The notes: generated by a model not told the origin, from the sequence alone. A DNA stretch of 64,000 nt from Microthyrium microscopicum (GCA_010405405.1 MU004230.1:344627-408626), one strand, 5' to 3'; numbered from the stretch's first letter, positions 39,174 through 53,278 are shown. Numbers and translations are program-made.

Positions 39174-40299
39174 TTAGGCGACGGGGCTCCAAGGCATAGG
39201 GACCATAATTCGACTTCTCATGGTTTGAATCAGTGGAACTGTCTTGTGTACAGTCTCACCCCAGCCCTCGATTTGCCAACTGCGTTCTCGGCGCTGTTTG
39301 CGCTCTTCCAGATCTGCAAATTGCCAAAGATGATGAACAACGTTGAGATCACCAACTTGAACAAACCAGGCTCCCACGCCTTCCATAACCTCACGACGAG
39401 CTGCAAGACCTCTTCGCCAGTGTGTCTCCCATTCTAGAAGATTACCTGGGTGGAGAGTGTATGAACGGAGTTCAAAGAGTCCACCAAGCTGTCTAGGTGG
39501 TGTTGTTGGCCAGAAGGAGAACTCTTGCATGAGGGATGATCGCTTAGATGTGATGAGAGACTTCAATTTCTTGTCGAATGGAGCAAAGTCGGGATGCTGT
39601 TGAATGTTGTGTAGTGATCCGTGATAACCGTTGTATCGATTGTATTCCCAGATGTGGACTATTATGGTTAGCCTCTTGATCAATAAGTTCCAGTTCAAGG
39701 CCAAACGTACCGAACGTATCGCAATCACCAACTTCTGTTCGCCAACTACCTACCAGATGCACTCGCATTTCAGGCAAACTAGCTACCTTTGGATACCAAT
39801 TGCCCACCAGTTCCACATACTCGTCAACCTTGTCGGGCTTGACTTCGTGAAAGACGATTGAATGTACATACTTGCCGCGCGCAAGAACCTGACTAAAACT
39901 GCGCTCAATCTCACGATCCATTTCACGACCTTCCTGCGTCCCGTAGATCAGGGTGGTTAGCGGGCCAGCCTTTTTGCCTGAGACGGCATCTTCGCGGGCG
40001 CGAGCTTCCTCTGCAAAAGACGATGACAGTGAGCCTAGAGTCGAACCCAGGACCGACGAACTGGAAGCTGCCTCGGCAGACCTACTCTCTTCCTGCTCTC
40101 TTCGCTTCTTGGCCTCTTGCTCAGAGCGAACTTGAGAGCGGAACTCCTTTTGCTTCTCGTTAAAGCTCTTGGGCGCCTCAGGCTGGATATCGGCGAGGGC
40201 AGGTGCTCGTTTAGAGGCGAATTGACGAGACTGTTGGCCAAGTGATGAGCTTGCCAATGCCCGTCCAGGCGACGCTCGTAGTATGTGTCTCGTGAGCAT
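39174..40299 (-). CDS. NIPSNAP family protein, mitochondrial, one intron
   Basis: Presequence-like N-terminus; LVGSWRTEVGDCDTF; FELRSYTLHPGNLLEWE; GAWFVQVGDLNVVHHLW. Confidence 0.93.
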
Positions 40300-41512
40300 T
40301 ATTGGGGAGAGAAGGGCTGTATACGAGTAAACAGGCCTGGTAGGATGACGCGGAGACCGATCGATCGTTCAATCGAGTCAAAGAGTATGATGCCAGGAAA
40401 CAAGCTCAGCGAGAGAGCAAGCCAGGCACAATAAGGATGCGAAGCGCAAGTAGTTGAATTGAATTTGACGTCGTCCTGATTAATGGTTATACAAACAGGA
40501 TGAAGCGGGGGTCCCAGGATGATTCTCCAATGAGATAGATTGACACTGAATGCTGTTGGATGTACCGTGATCCTGACAGGCTGGGTGCCGACTTTGTACA
40601 GGCCGTCGAGCGGGGTTTGGAGAAAAGGTTGCTGCCAAGCTGGTACGGGGTAAGAGCGGTGCGAAAAATACCTCCGAGCGGTTTTTGAAGCTTCCAAAGA
40701 TCAATTGAGAGTAGATGAGTGGAGAGATGGAGGAATTGAGGAATTTGGTAGAGTTGCTGTTTGTTGAAGATGGTTGTTGTCGGTGAAGGGTACCTGGCTT
40801 GCCTGGTTAAGGGAAGCTCTGTAGCTTTGCTTTGCTTATGTCATGCTGTGCAGCTGTCGTCATTTTTGCTTATTTGGCCCAGAGTTGCTTCCTTTCTTCT
40901 TCCCCGGAGCAGTCTCATCCTCTGCTTCATTTCTCATTAGTAGGACACTGATACCTACTTGATGTTACTAGTGCTAGTAGTAGTATCATTATCATCACTA
41001 TCAACAATATCTCCCGTCATACTCAGACTCCCAAGAATGCCTCTCTGGCCAAGATAGACCGCAGCCACCCAAACCTGCAAGACCACGAAAATGCGGCATT
41101 TATTGTGCTACAGAGTGCTCGTGATGTTTCGACTATCGAAGCACACGCTTTTTACCAATTGAGTTTCTAAGTCCAGTGCGGACTGTGCCAGAAGATCGAA
41201 TCGTATGGTAGTTGTTGTGTCCACCCTTGAGCCTGCCATTGACGTTCAACGCACTGGACGATTTGAAGACCAATTGTTGAATGTTAATTTTTGATTCAAT
41301 AAGTAAGTGCTGTATGTATACTACTAATACTTTAATATCCACTTGACCACCATGGATGCATTTACAAAAGACATTAAGGAGGATACCACCATCCTCTCAC
41401 CCTTCTCTCACAAACGCCATGTGCGCTGAAACGACAAACTAAGAAATGCAAAACGCCCACCAATGCATGCAATACAGAATACAGCTTTATCAACAAATAC
41501 ACATCATTAAAC

Positions 41513-43334
41513 CTAATAATGGCGAACAGTCCGCTTGCGCATCTTGAGACCCGAATCGGGTTGAGGTTCAATGACCTTTACGTTTGCGGGTGCGTTCCAG
41601 GCATTGCAGCCATCAGTGAAGATGCTGGTGTCGCCAAGAGAGCCGACGATTTCGCTGGGTCGCTCGACGAATTGCACACCTAGACCACCAGAGATGTGGA
41701 ATGGAATGTGGCAATGCATCAACCAGGCGCCGGGGTTGTCGGCTTGGAAGGCAATGACGATGTAGCCGCCTTGGCCGGGTGTGCCGTTGTTGCCGGGGAT
41801 TTGTTGAGTGTCGCGGCGGACGGGGTTGTTGAGGGTGTAGGTTGGGCTTGTGCCGGCGCCAGTTCCAGAGGCAATCACGTAAAAGTCATGACCGTGCAAA
41901 TGGATTGCTGGGGAAAAGGTTAGCGAGGAAATTGTTATTGGAAGAAGTCATTACTTACGATGTGGGAGAGGAGTGTCGTTGGTGATGAGGAAGTAAGACC
42001 AGCCGGCAGCATTGATGACAACACCGTTATCGTTGGCGGGAAGAGTGTATGTTCCGTTCATGACATAAGACAGTGTTGGCTTGGTCCAGTCAATGTCAAT
42101 AGACTGGCCATTGACTTTCCAGAATACGCCGACACTGGTATCGAGAGTAAGAGCGAGGGCTTGAGGAGCACTGGGTGGAGATGGGACAGTGGTGGAGATG
42201 AAAGTGTTGATGCCAGTGACATCGTCGCAGCCAGATGGGAGAGTAAGAGCTTGGGAAGTTGGGGCACCGGATCCAGCACCGTCGTAGGACACAATGGCAC
42301 CGGTGGTAGTTCCAGCGGATGCCTGAGCGTTGGGGCCGTCGCAAACTCCACCACCAGTTCCAATGCGGAAGACGTAGTTGGCGACAGTTTGGTTGGCGTT
42401 GACGATCACATCGTAGCGCTGGCCAACAGCAATGTTAAGAGTATCAACTGTGAAAGGCGTAACTGGAACAAAATCTACGGCAACGACTTGCATTTTATGT
42501 TGATCGATTCCAAAGTGGAAGTTGTTGTTGATACCAGTATTAACGACTCTGATGAGATGAGCCTTTCCAGGGGTAAATTTGATAGTTGAAGGCGCTTGGG
42601 GCCCAGTGCCATTGACGAGAATTGATTGCGATGTTGGTGGAACTGTTGGACGAGAGGCGAGAAGCTCGAACATTGGCTCAGAGTACCAATCAGTCAAAGG
42701 GAGAGCGCCAAGGTCGATATCGTAGTTGGCGGTGGTAGGGCCGTTAATGACAATAGGACCAACCAATCCGTCACCGTACTGAACAGAGTAATGGCTGTGA
42801 TACCAGGACGTGCCGTACTGAGTCGCCTTGAAAGTATATGTTCTGCTTCCACCGGGAACGATTGGGCATTCTGTTATACCGTTTGTTCCGTCCATTTGAT
42901 TTGAGTGAAGTTGTCTCATACCGTGCCAGTGGATACCGGTACCGTTTATAGGAAGGTTGTTGGTGACGGTGATTTGAATTGTGTCGCCCCAATCAGCAAC
43001 AATGGCGGGTCCTGGATATTGGCCATTGAATACCATCATCTTCTTTGCGTTACCATCTGGGGAAAGAGTTGCTTCTCCGACTTGTAGGTTGACCTTTAAA
43101 TGATTAGCTCCAGTAGATCCAAAGTGTTTCTTCAAGTATTACCTTTACTGTCTTTCCTGTGTCGGGGAATTTAGTGTCTGCTTGCGTAGATGTACTGAAT
43201 CCATTTGTCCAACATTGCCGACTTGTAGCCGTATTTGTGCATGCAGTGTCGCGTTCTATAAGAGATCCAGGAAGAGCTGAAGCGATTGACGAGAATGCCA
43301 ATATGGCCGATGCTAGTTGTTTGTAACTATACAT
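41513..43334 (-). CDS. Secreted ascomycete laccase (AA1 multicopper oxidase), two introns
   Basis: Signal peptide; copper motifs HWHG, WYHSH, HP(intron)IHLHGHDF and HCHIPFH; C-terminal DSGL. Confidence 0.96.
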
Positions 43335-46300
43335 GATGGGTTACTAGAAGGGAAGTCTAGGAGAATACTCGCAAGACCAAAGAAAATATTATGTGGTTGG
43401 AACGAAGGAAAAGTACAATAGAAAGGAAATGCACACTGATGAGAAATGACTTACAAACAGGGCACGCAGGAGGTGATATACAAACACCACGGCGGCGTCT
43501 CGAGTGCCAAAAGTTATCGTGGAGGTCTGCATGGCTTGGACAAGGCTGTCGCACCCTTGTCCATTGTCCATCATAGCCCGTCTATTTTTGCGTAGCACCA
43601 AAATTCGAACCTGGCAAGGGGTGGTTCTCAAGTGTAAGACTAGGCAGATGCTCGCCTTGTGGCTTGCTTTTGGCATGCAGATTGCTGCAGGATGTGGAGT
43701 CTCATCTTTGGTCAGACTGCGGGCCCCAAGTGTATCTCGGCCTTGTCCCAGACGTCGGGTGCGTGACTCTATACATTAGTAGGCTAGAATTAAGGAGAAA
43801 AGCAGAAATCTTGACACAACGAAGCAGGCTGGCCCCGTCAAGGCTGCGTGTATTGTATTGGCACTTTCCAAACGACAAGATGTAAATCAGACAAGACCAG
43901 CACCAAGGATGCTCGTTGACATTGGACAAGAATCTGGTGGAATTGCTGTATGACGCGCTGGACACAACGCCCACTAGCGTCAAGCCATTTAAAGAATAAT
44001 TAGAGAGATTGTCTGTTGTTTTTGCAGTTCAACACTGCTCAACAACCATTCTTTTCCTGAGAATGACAACGGGAACCAGCGAAAAGAAGCTTGCCAGGGG
44101 CTGTGGGGTCCTTGGAGGTGGCTGAGACCACTAGCCAATGTCAGCACGAGAGGGTCTTTGAACACTCCCGCAATAGGCAAAGCGTTGTTCTCGAAATATG
44201 ATGATAGTCCCATGGTTCCCTGATATCAAAGCCTCGATGCTTGATTCCTTGTTAAGACTGGCTCCAAAGGTCCGAATGGGGAGCCATGCTCCTCTTCATT
44301 TCCTACATAGTTCCAAAGTAAAAAAAAGTAGTATACTCGCTGACTACAGGTGGTAGGTATCATGATCGAATCATTTTCATGGAGTGGCAATTTTATTCAC
44401 GAGGGACGAGAGTCAAGTCCCTTGGACAGGCCAAATAGTAATACGGTGTCGACAATTTCAGAATACAACTTCAGCAAAAGGCTTCACTACCATTTCACTC
44501 CTTAACCTTCCGATTCATTAGAAATTAGAAATCCGACCTTCTGTTCGTTGGCAGTAGAACCGAGGGCCTGATAACTCCATCTTTTTCCCAATATTTGTTG
44601 GAGAAATTGCAAAAGGTGAACATGAGGCTGAAAACAAGGCCCTCGAACGACCAAACGACAATGCACAGGGTATTAAGCGGAAGAGTCAGGGTAAATACTA
44701 CGGTCCGCGCATAAGAGAAACATTAAGTTTTCACGTAAGCGGAGACATCAGTCATTGGGCTAGTTGTTTTGGCAACATTTGGCAATATTTGGCAGGCGGA
44801 ATGACCGTGATAGAACTGTTTTGCGACAGATGCAAAATCATTCGCCCATGCTAGACAGTCTAGAATAGAAGCGAACAATGCAGAGAAACATGGATGTAAT
44901 TGGCAACAGAAACGACAAGTCGATCTCAACGTGAACATGACCAGTTCTCCATGGCTGTGTTGGAGGCCTTTTTCTTATTGCCAATCCCTTTTGGTGTTGT
45001 GGTGGGCGAAGGGTACTGACATACGATTTGATATGATATGATTTGTACGAGTCTATGCATAGATGCAGTGTTCTGACTTGGCAGGTCTTGAAGGTAGAAG
45101 GCTGAGGCCATGATTACGGGCTATCAGAGGGCGGTATTATTAAGAACTAAACAGGCGAACCATGAGTGTGAGTGGTTAAAAATTGGAGTTGATCATGAGT
45201 GGACAGCAAAGGCCAGCAAAGGCCAGCAAGAGCTCCCAAATATAAGCTTACAAGGACGGGCGCTAGTTTAGCGTTGGCGCTATCTTGTTCCCGAAGGCGC
45301 TAGTCGCCTACGCTTTCCATCCGCTTCCCTTGCCCCCTGAAGCCCCCTGCCTATTTCGTCTCTTGCGCTTGTCGTTTTTGGCTGAAACCAAGTCCATTTC
45401 TCCATTCGTAACGACGTCGGCTGTCTACTGTGCCTGCTTTGGAGAAATAGAGTTCATCTCCACGGATTCATAACGTCTTGGACCTTGGAAGCAACTCACA
45501 AACTTTGCGCTGTAGTTTCGCATGCGGCAGCCATCATCACTTCAGCACTTTAGACGGGCTAGCAATTTAGCTCAATCCGGGAGATTTACAGTTGATCCAA
45601 GCATAAAACCTACGACTTGCACCAGTAAAACCAGCAGACCAAGATCAACCCGCATCGCTGTCGACCAAGCACACCAGTATGAATTTTACTACTTCTTGTA
45701 AATCCAATAGGCTCAAGGGCCGATTCGGCAAGCCTTCATTCCGAATGTAGGAATTTCCAATAATGTAGCCTGAGAGGCAAATAATTGCCAAGCTGCCCCG
45801 CTGTTTCTTTATGCGGCCCAAAAGGCTGAACGTTACACTTACTTTTGGTGCCCGATTTCTTGGTCGCGTCCTTCGTACATATGCGCCAAATCGTCTCTTG
45901 ACTTATAGACTGCAGCCCACGATCTAGAATCATTAAGATTTCTGCTTGCCAAATTCTTCTTGGCCACTCTTCGCCAATTCTTTTCGTGGCATTTCATATT
46001 CGATTTTCTTGATATGACAAGGCTGAGAGTTGTGTTGACGCTAGCAGCTTCCGGATCCCCAAATACACGCCGAATAATCCCTGTGTGATACTGTTCTACC
46101 CTTAGATACTTCCTAGATCCCTTTAAACTTTATGATCTATTCGCCTACATCTTCAACACGATGTTCTTCCTTCGAATTCTGTTGCTAAGTTTTGGATTGC
46201 ATCTTGTTTAAAATGGCTGGGCCTATCAGCTTGCACAGACGTAGTGCACCCGGTACTGATGCTGTGACTTGCATCCAGTGCTGTAGCTGACATGAGCACA

Positions 46301-48802
46301 CAAGCTTGAGCGCAAACCCAGTGGATCTTTTGACGGTTCACCTTGCCATTGTCGAGATCTTTTCGAGCTTCAAGGTCCAGGCATCTTTGAATTCTGCTAT
46401 TAAACCAAAAGCGACATTTTTTTATGTCTATTGATCACGCTGACCGCAGGCGGCGGTTCAAACACCCTGACAACATTTCCCTAGATCGTGCAAAGGTACC
46501 TCTTCTCACGCCCGTTTGAACCAGATAGTCGAGGATGGCAATTCAAGGATGGCAAAGTGATTACTTTGTTCCTGTAGAGACCAGGTCCAGATTGTCAATA
46601 AGTCAGGCTACCGTAGGTACCTCAAGCACGTTAACGGGTAATTGCATGATATGTATGCACGCTATCTTGGATTGCATTGGGATGACAAAAGACCTGCCAC
46701 TTTCTGCAAATCAGAGGTTGGAATGACAGCTAGAATCAGTATTTTGTGCAACGGTCGACCAAGATTCAAAACTGAAAAGAATTTAAGTTCATAGAATACA
46801 ATTCTTTTTGTGATGTATGTGCGGAGATCCGTAGTGGCGATATTGCAGAGCCGCATTGTGTAACTCCACTCCCTGTTATTTTCCTATGATGCGATGATTC
46901 AGCAGGTATTATGTAGGAACAGGACTCCATTTTCACTTTGTGAAACGACTTAAGGAGTGGAGGTGTGCTCTGATTCCCAATGCAGTCGCCTTAATCATAG
47001 ACTCATGTGCAAAATTCGAGTGGTTGGGCTTCTATGATCTATCAATCGCAATGTAGTACAACATGAAGGTACAAGTTCGGTTACCCTGTGTTGGCGGAAT
47101 GGCGAGTAAAAATCATACTAGAGTACAATCAGGACACGATGGTTTGGTTGATCTGGGACTGGAAGTTGTGGGCGTTGTAGTCAGCAGGAGTTATGTTTAG
47201 ATTATTTTCCATAAAGTACATAGTAAGCAAGCTGGTTGCTGCGCAAAATACCCACCCAGGTCGTGAAAAATGCCTTGCAATGCTTAATTTCTATCCTTGG
47301 AAAAATGCCGGATCTACCGATTGGACTGGCCAACCGGTGAGGTGACAGTTGTGATCAAGCTCTCAGCATTTGACTGCGACTTTGCAAGCATTCGGTTTTC
47401 TGGGGTCATTTTCAGATTCGGACTGGACGCCCGACGGTAGACATTACAAGAGCTGTAACAAGACGTTGATTCGATGGGATGCCTCTAAGTATGTCAGACT
47501 GCAAAATCTGTGCTAGATCCATGTACTGGTAAGAATCTTATTCCAAAATGTACCTACTAGGTGGTACTTAAACCCTGGATTGATACCATGGCAAGAGTTG
47601 AGGCACTCGGTTATGCAATGGAACCATCGGTTCCAATGTACAGACCAAACAGGGGAATGGTGAGGTAGATTCAATAGTACTTGAACAGTGCAAGGCACAG
47701 CAGCCGATTGACGTCTAGCATCAGGGACGATGTATCCGTACACAGCGCAGTCAATCACTTCTGACAAGAATAAGGAGATCACATCTTGATCTACCAAGAA
47801 GTAGTAACTGCCCACTAGGATCTTGTCTCTACTACCAGTCCCTGCGAAGGGAATCATAGTGACAGTGCTCGCTGATCAAGTCTGGCTGCGAGGTATTCCT
47901 GTGATCAGCAGCGACGGACTTGCACCAAGTCGTGAACAGATTCTTTACCTTCTTGAAGGGTTCAGTATATTTTGTGCTGATATTCCTGTTCTGCTCACTC
48001 AAGGAAGAAACTGGCTGGATTCCATGGTTATATGAGCCCGTGGGTAGTTAGTTGTTACCGGTCGAAATTCTGTCATCGTCCATATAACCGCAGACCTGGA
48101 TTACATAGCTTGGCTCCAGACAAAGCCCTACATACGGAGTACAGCCCCAGGTAAGTTGAGGTACTGAGAAGTCAACAGCCGTAGTATGTATTGTTTCGAC
48201 CGCAAAGGTACGTGGAAGCATGGTGCCAGTTTCAATGGACGTTTCGACTGGCCCGAAATCGGATGTTTCGCAGCTCGCTCGGTTTTATTGAAACAAGATA
48301 CAATCATTGTTCCGAAGATAATTGCTTTATATTCTCTAGAAACTGCCCAGGTCTGGTTGATCACGGCAGTGTTGGAATGCTAATTGTGCTCGGTGGACTT
48401 GGGATATCTAGATCATGATAGCCATACTCAAGTCGCCGCTCGAATAGATCGAGCAGGACTCGCTAGTCGCTACTAGTCGTCGGTAGATGGTTGAGAATGA
48501 TGGATCCCGATAGATATACCGTGCTATCGGAAATGATGATGGCAAGGAGATGAAGTTGTAGAGACTGATCTCGAGATGAGCTCCGCGCCACGAGAAGATC
48601 TGATGGTGAACTGACCTTGTCATTTGATTGGTCAATTGACCACATAACCCTAATTCTTTAACCCTGAACAACCGAGCTTCTTTTGCCTTCTATTTTCCTT
48701 TGCCATCGTCGACTTTTCCGACTTCAACTCTGCTGCCTGCTACACTCTTCAACTCACGACTCGCCAAACTCTTCATCACTACCCTCAATCGCATCTGCTA
48801 TT

Positions 48803-49453
48803 ATGGCTCGCTCTCGTGGATCTGCTGGTGGCAGCCGCCGACCAACTGCTGCTCCAGCTCGCTCAGCGCCAGCCGCTCAACAAAAACGTCCTGCCTCAAC
48901 AACCACTATGCCAGCTAGAACAAACCCAACACAACCCCCAGCTACCCAGGGACAAGCTTCTCAGGGACCTGGACTCTTCGGTCAAATGGCCAGCACAGCC
49001 GCGTAGGTGACATCTCTTCGCTACACCGCAGGATCGCTGCACCATCGCATACACAACATCGGAAGCTCAGGATCATTTGTTTCCGATGCAGCAAGGGGCG
49101 TGGGATGTACAACGATCGGAACTTTTATATCTCGAGAGGCTTATGGCTAATTCCATCACAGTGGTGTCGCTGTTGGATCATCGATTGGTCATGCCATCGG
49201 TGGCTTCTTTGGCGGCGGCTCCAGCGTACCTGCTGAGCAACCTGTCACCGCAGCCGAAAACAGTTCGTACGAGCAACCTAGAGCTTGTGGTGAACAAGTC
49301 ACCCAATTTCGCAGCTGCATGGACCAGAACCAAGTATGTAATGCAAGATGCGTTGGCAGGACGATACTGATGATTATCTAGGGCGATTTGAACATCTGTG
49401 GCTGGTATCTTGAACAACTGAAGGCTTGCCAAAAGACCGCTAGTCAATACTAG
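48803..49453 (+). CDS. MIX17: Mitochondrial twin CX9C protein (Mix17/CHCHD2/10 family), two introns
   Basis: GPGLFGQMASTAA joined to GVAVGSSIGHAIGGFFG; CX9C pairs CGEQVTQFRSC and CGWYLEQLKAC. Confidence 0.93.
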
Positions 49454-51007
49454 ATAGTGTCGTGGAACGATCCGACTGGCAAGAATTGAGAAGGCTGTCA
49501 TTAAGCTGCATAGCGCATTGCATCCAAATGTATTCTAAAATGTTGAAGAAATCTCACCTCTTCATTGAGAAATTTGTCACTTTGAATAGTTCATCACATT
49601 CTCGCGGAGCATATTCATTGACATGTCCACCTGCAGATTTCCCCGAGATCATTTGGGAACAGCCTAATCGCTGCGACAACCCGAGACGCACAGAAACGGT
49701 CAATAAACCAGGGACGAAAAGCTTGATTAATAGAGTGCTAACAGGACCATGCTCGCCATGCCTCATACTTACGTTGCTATGGCGTTCGTAAACCAAGCTG
49801 AATTGCCCGACCCACTCTGTAGACTCCGCCTATACATTTGCCGCCTTTCTTTGCTATGAGAGGAAATGATACGAAACCCATTACAGTGACCCGCTGGTCG
49901 AAATGAATCCAAGAGTCTGGGCACAGGATGATCTTCTGCCTTTCGACTGGCCCAGCAACAGCGCTACCTTTGCGATATCCTTCCAAATCATTTGGAGAAC
50001 TTTCTGAGGTTAAGGCCATTCATTTGGATTACGGAGCTCGCACTGACTCTTCACCACATGAAATGGCATCCTCTCTTGCGTTCATTGCAACTCAGTGACT
50101 CCTTCCATCTCTTCTATGACCTCGGAAATGTTGATCATTATGGATGTCGAGAATCTGCCATATATACCTGACCTTTAAGTATCATGCTGACAGTAACTCT
50201 TATAATGGGACTTGAAACTCTCTTTTGCAAGAGAGGCGCGGAAAAGGTCACCAAAATTAAAGTGACGCGCTACGGTGACGCTATTGGGAGTGGATTTGCT
50301 AAGCAGCACTTGGGTTTCGCTTGGTCACAAGTGCGATTCAAAGGGCAAAGACGTACCCAGAAGGCTGTCAGACAGTTCACAAAGCGAAAGAGCTAGATTC
50401 ACTTGTCATTTCAAGAACCTTCGCTAAGATCGAGAACTACTTTTACCAGTTTGGACTCTTGGCGCTTGAGCTGAAGTTCAGTTGTTGAATCCTACCTCGT
50501 TGATTTATCGTTGTTCAACGATATTGGCTTGTCAAAGTCACAAGGCTGAGCTCCAGCCTTATAGTCAAACTTATATCCTAGTCGCCTCACCAGCTCGACT
50601 GAGCACTTTACAATGAGAAACCCATGCCATGTGTATCTTATTGAAATACTCAGGACCTGATGTAGCAACTCTTGGACTTCGCCTTTTCATTATCCCTGCT
50701 TCTTCCGAAAATCTTACAAGCGAAGCACCCGGGATTGAATAAATCGACACTGCACTCACTATTAACAGCAATTCTTTGAAATAAGTATGCTATTGGCCAC
50801 TGTTTAGCATTGAAGTATTAAGAATGAAGTAAGATAAACACACTGCTCCAGAATGACCTCAGAGGGTTCAATCAATAGCTCATTGCCTGTCGGTGTCCTA
50901 TACGACCAATAACAGCAAAACAACCACCTATGGCCGCCGTCATTTGCGCTTCTGAACAACGCAGTCGAAAGAAATACGCACTCTTCAGATGACCACGCGA
51001 CATCAGA

Positions 51008-53278
51008 TCAAAATGCTCTCTGTTTCAGCCCCCGAAGTGCTCTCTTCACAAACGCAGTAGTCGAAACTGGTGTAGGGTTTTTGCTTGACCGAACAGAAAT
51101 ACTAGTAGGCTGTCTACCCATATTTCTATTAGAAAACGTATATTGTCCAGGATTAGCTTGATCCTGAACCATAAAAGTCCACGTTGTTGTACCAGCAATT
51201 TGAAACTGGAGGTTGGCTCCATTGCTACCAGTCAAGAGGTTATTGGATATAGCAGCAAGGCTAAGTGTTCCACTCTGTTTCGAAGCATATTGGTAGCTCG
51301 TAATTGCAATGTTATCCACAAATTTGTCTGTTGTGACAGTCGTAGACGATGAATTGCAAGTTGTTGTGCCAGAGACGCAAACCTTTAGAGTGAATGTACG
51401 AGTTGAAGTTGGCACAGTCTGTGGATCTTGCCATGGATTGATATAGTTCATGGTGGATTTGTCAGCATCATTGATTGTGATACCAGCTGGACCAGTCCAA
51501 GCAAATGTGAGCTGCGAATCACTGAGAACTGTGTTTGTGTTCTTGCCAGTGAGAGCAATGCGAGCTCCAGCAAGTTGACTGAGCAGCGCAGGACCAGCAT
51601 TCGCGACTGGAGTTGCACCTGGTGGAGGAGGCGGAGGCGGTGGAGGATTCAGCTCATCTCCCGTACATATCTTGCTGGGAGCTGGAGCACCTGCGCCTGG
51701 CCATGGGTTCAATTGCTTGTACTGAAACCCATCTTCCGCAAAACCATCTTTGAGTTGAGAGAAGAGCTGGAAGGGGTTTGGTCTCCATGGTATGCCTGGG
51801 ACGTTGGTTTCTGGCCATATAAGCTCAGAAATTGGTGCTTGATATTGTCCTATGATTATTAGTTACAGCTTAGCTTTGCAAGTAAATTCAAGCTTTTGGA
51901 CAGACAAATTTACCTGCTTGTAGTCCTTTGGCAACAATCTTTACACCTTTGTTGGCTCTGACACGATACTCGCGTGCCTCTTTGCTCACTGAAGCATCAC
52001 TAATGCGTATGTCAAACTTGTTGCGAGCGTCACCAGCTTTCAATGAACCAATTGCAATCTGCGTTTCAATGTCAACACCAGTGCAAGGATCGAGATCCAC
52101 ACGATAGATGGTAACCCCGACAGTACTGTCCGAAGAATATCCAGTGAACTTGGTTTGGCCCACTTCAGTGGTAGTTGAGCCATCATTTATTCCTATGACT
52201 ACCTGAAGATAGATGAGTAAACTATGGCATGGAGAGGAATTGACAACGTACATCCTCAAGGCGTACGTAGACTGCCTGTCCTGCGTCTCCACTTGTCTGT
52301 TGCTGGATAGTTTCAGCGACGATTTCGTAGGCAAGAATCTCGTTCGGTCCGTTCTCAATACCAGACCATGTGATGAAATCGCCAGCTAAGAAAGGTGCCA
52401 TTGCGGAGCAGTTTGCGGGAGTACTACATCAAACAATTGTCAGCATCATATATTCTTCACCGTACGTGTCATATAACTCTAGGGAGATACATACTAAACT
52501 TGAGCTCCATTTGCAGGACGATTACTTGCTGGACAATCTGGATCGTTGGCACTACGAGGGATACACATTGGGTAACCCGACAAAGAAGAGATGGAAGGAT
52601 TCTCCTCATCCGCAGTGAAAAAGGGTCGTAAGATATATGGTGTCGCGTATACTCCATTAGGCGTGTTGATACGTAGTAAAGGTCCTCCCAAGATTTGCAT
52701 AGTGCCATCAGTGTTGACTGAGCCAACTATGCCAGCTCCTGAGCCAGCTAGGAATTGGGATACTATGCTCTGTTAAGTCAAGTTTCTCAACAAAATGTGC
52801 AGCCATCAATATCTGTGTATGTATGATGTGACCTAGGTAACTCACTGCTCATCATTCCAGCAATTGGAACGTTATTAACCTGTATTGAACGTGAATAAAG
52901 CCTCAGTGTTAAGCGGAAGTAATGTACTTACAAAGTTACCATCAAGCGATACTTCAAAGCCCGTGTAAAGACCCGGATTTGTAAGGTAATCCAAAGCGAA
53001 TTTTTGAAAAGGAATATAGGCAGCTGGAAACTGTACAAGCATATTCTCAGGGATGGTTATTGCGTGTCCATATGCTGTCACTGTTCCTCCAGAATTGAAC
53101 TGGCTAGCGTTCGTAATCTTCACACTAATTCTCTGTTAGTATAATACAGTAACAAAGGACACGGCACGCAGTTAACTTACCTGTCAAGCAATCCATCAAT
53201 GGTAAATGGTACCACGGTCTGAGCCAATGCTTGGTTAATGGCGACAAAAGCTGCCATGAAGAGCTTTGGGATTCGCAT
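51008..53278 (-). CDS. Secreted beta-rich hypothetical protein with poly-Pro linker and PKD/Ig-like C-terminal domains, multi-exon
   Basis: Signal peptide MRIPKLFMAAFVAINQALA. Exons join into FFTADEENPSISSLSGYPMCIPR, MAPFLAGDFITWSG, VYVRLED|VVIG and AG|QYQAPISELIWPE. PKD-like motif ANAGP..G..I.L.G..LTFAW follows the linker. Confidence 0.85.

Noticed and set aside
40299..40697. 132-aa ORF abutting the NIPSNAP start
   Set aside because: No protein-like features; lies in promoter/5'-UTR sequence.
41960..42589. 209-aa antisense ORF in laccase (also 55075-55659 in ALG5 and 20007-20369 in the DPR gene)
   Set aside because: Shadow ORFs caused by codon bias of the real gene on the opposite strand.
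43589..43655. tRNA-like T-arm CCAGGTTCGAATTTTGG on the minus strand with a rough acceptor pairing
   Set aside because: No credible D or anticodon arm, spacing too short, and no oligo-T terminator.
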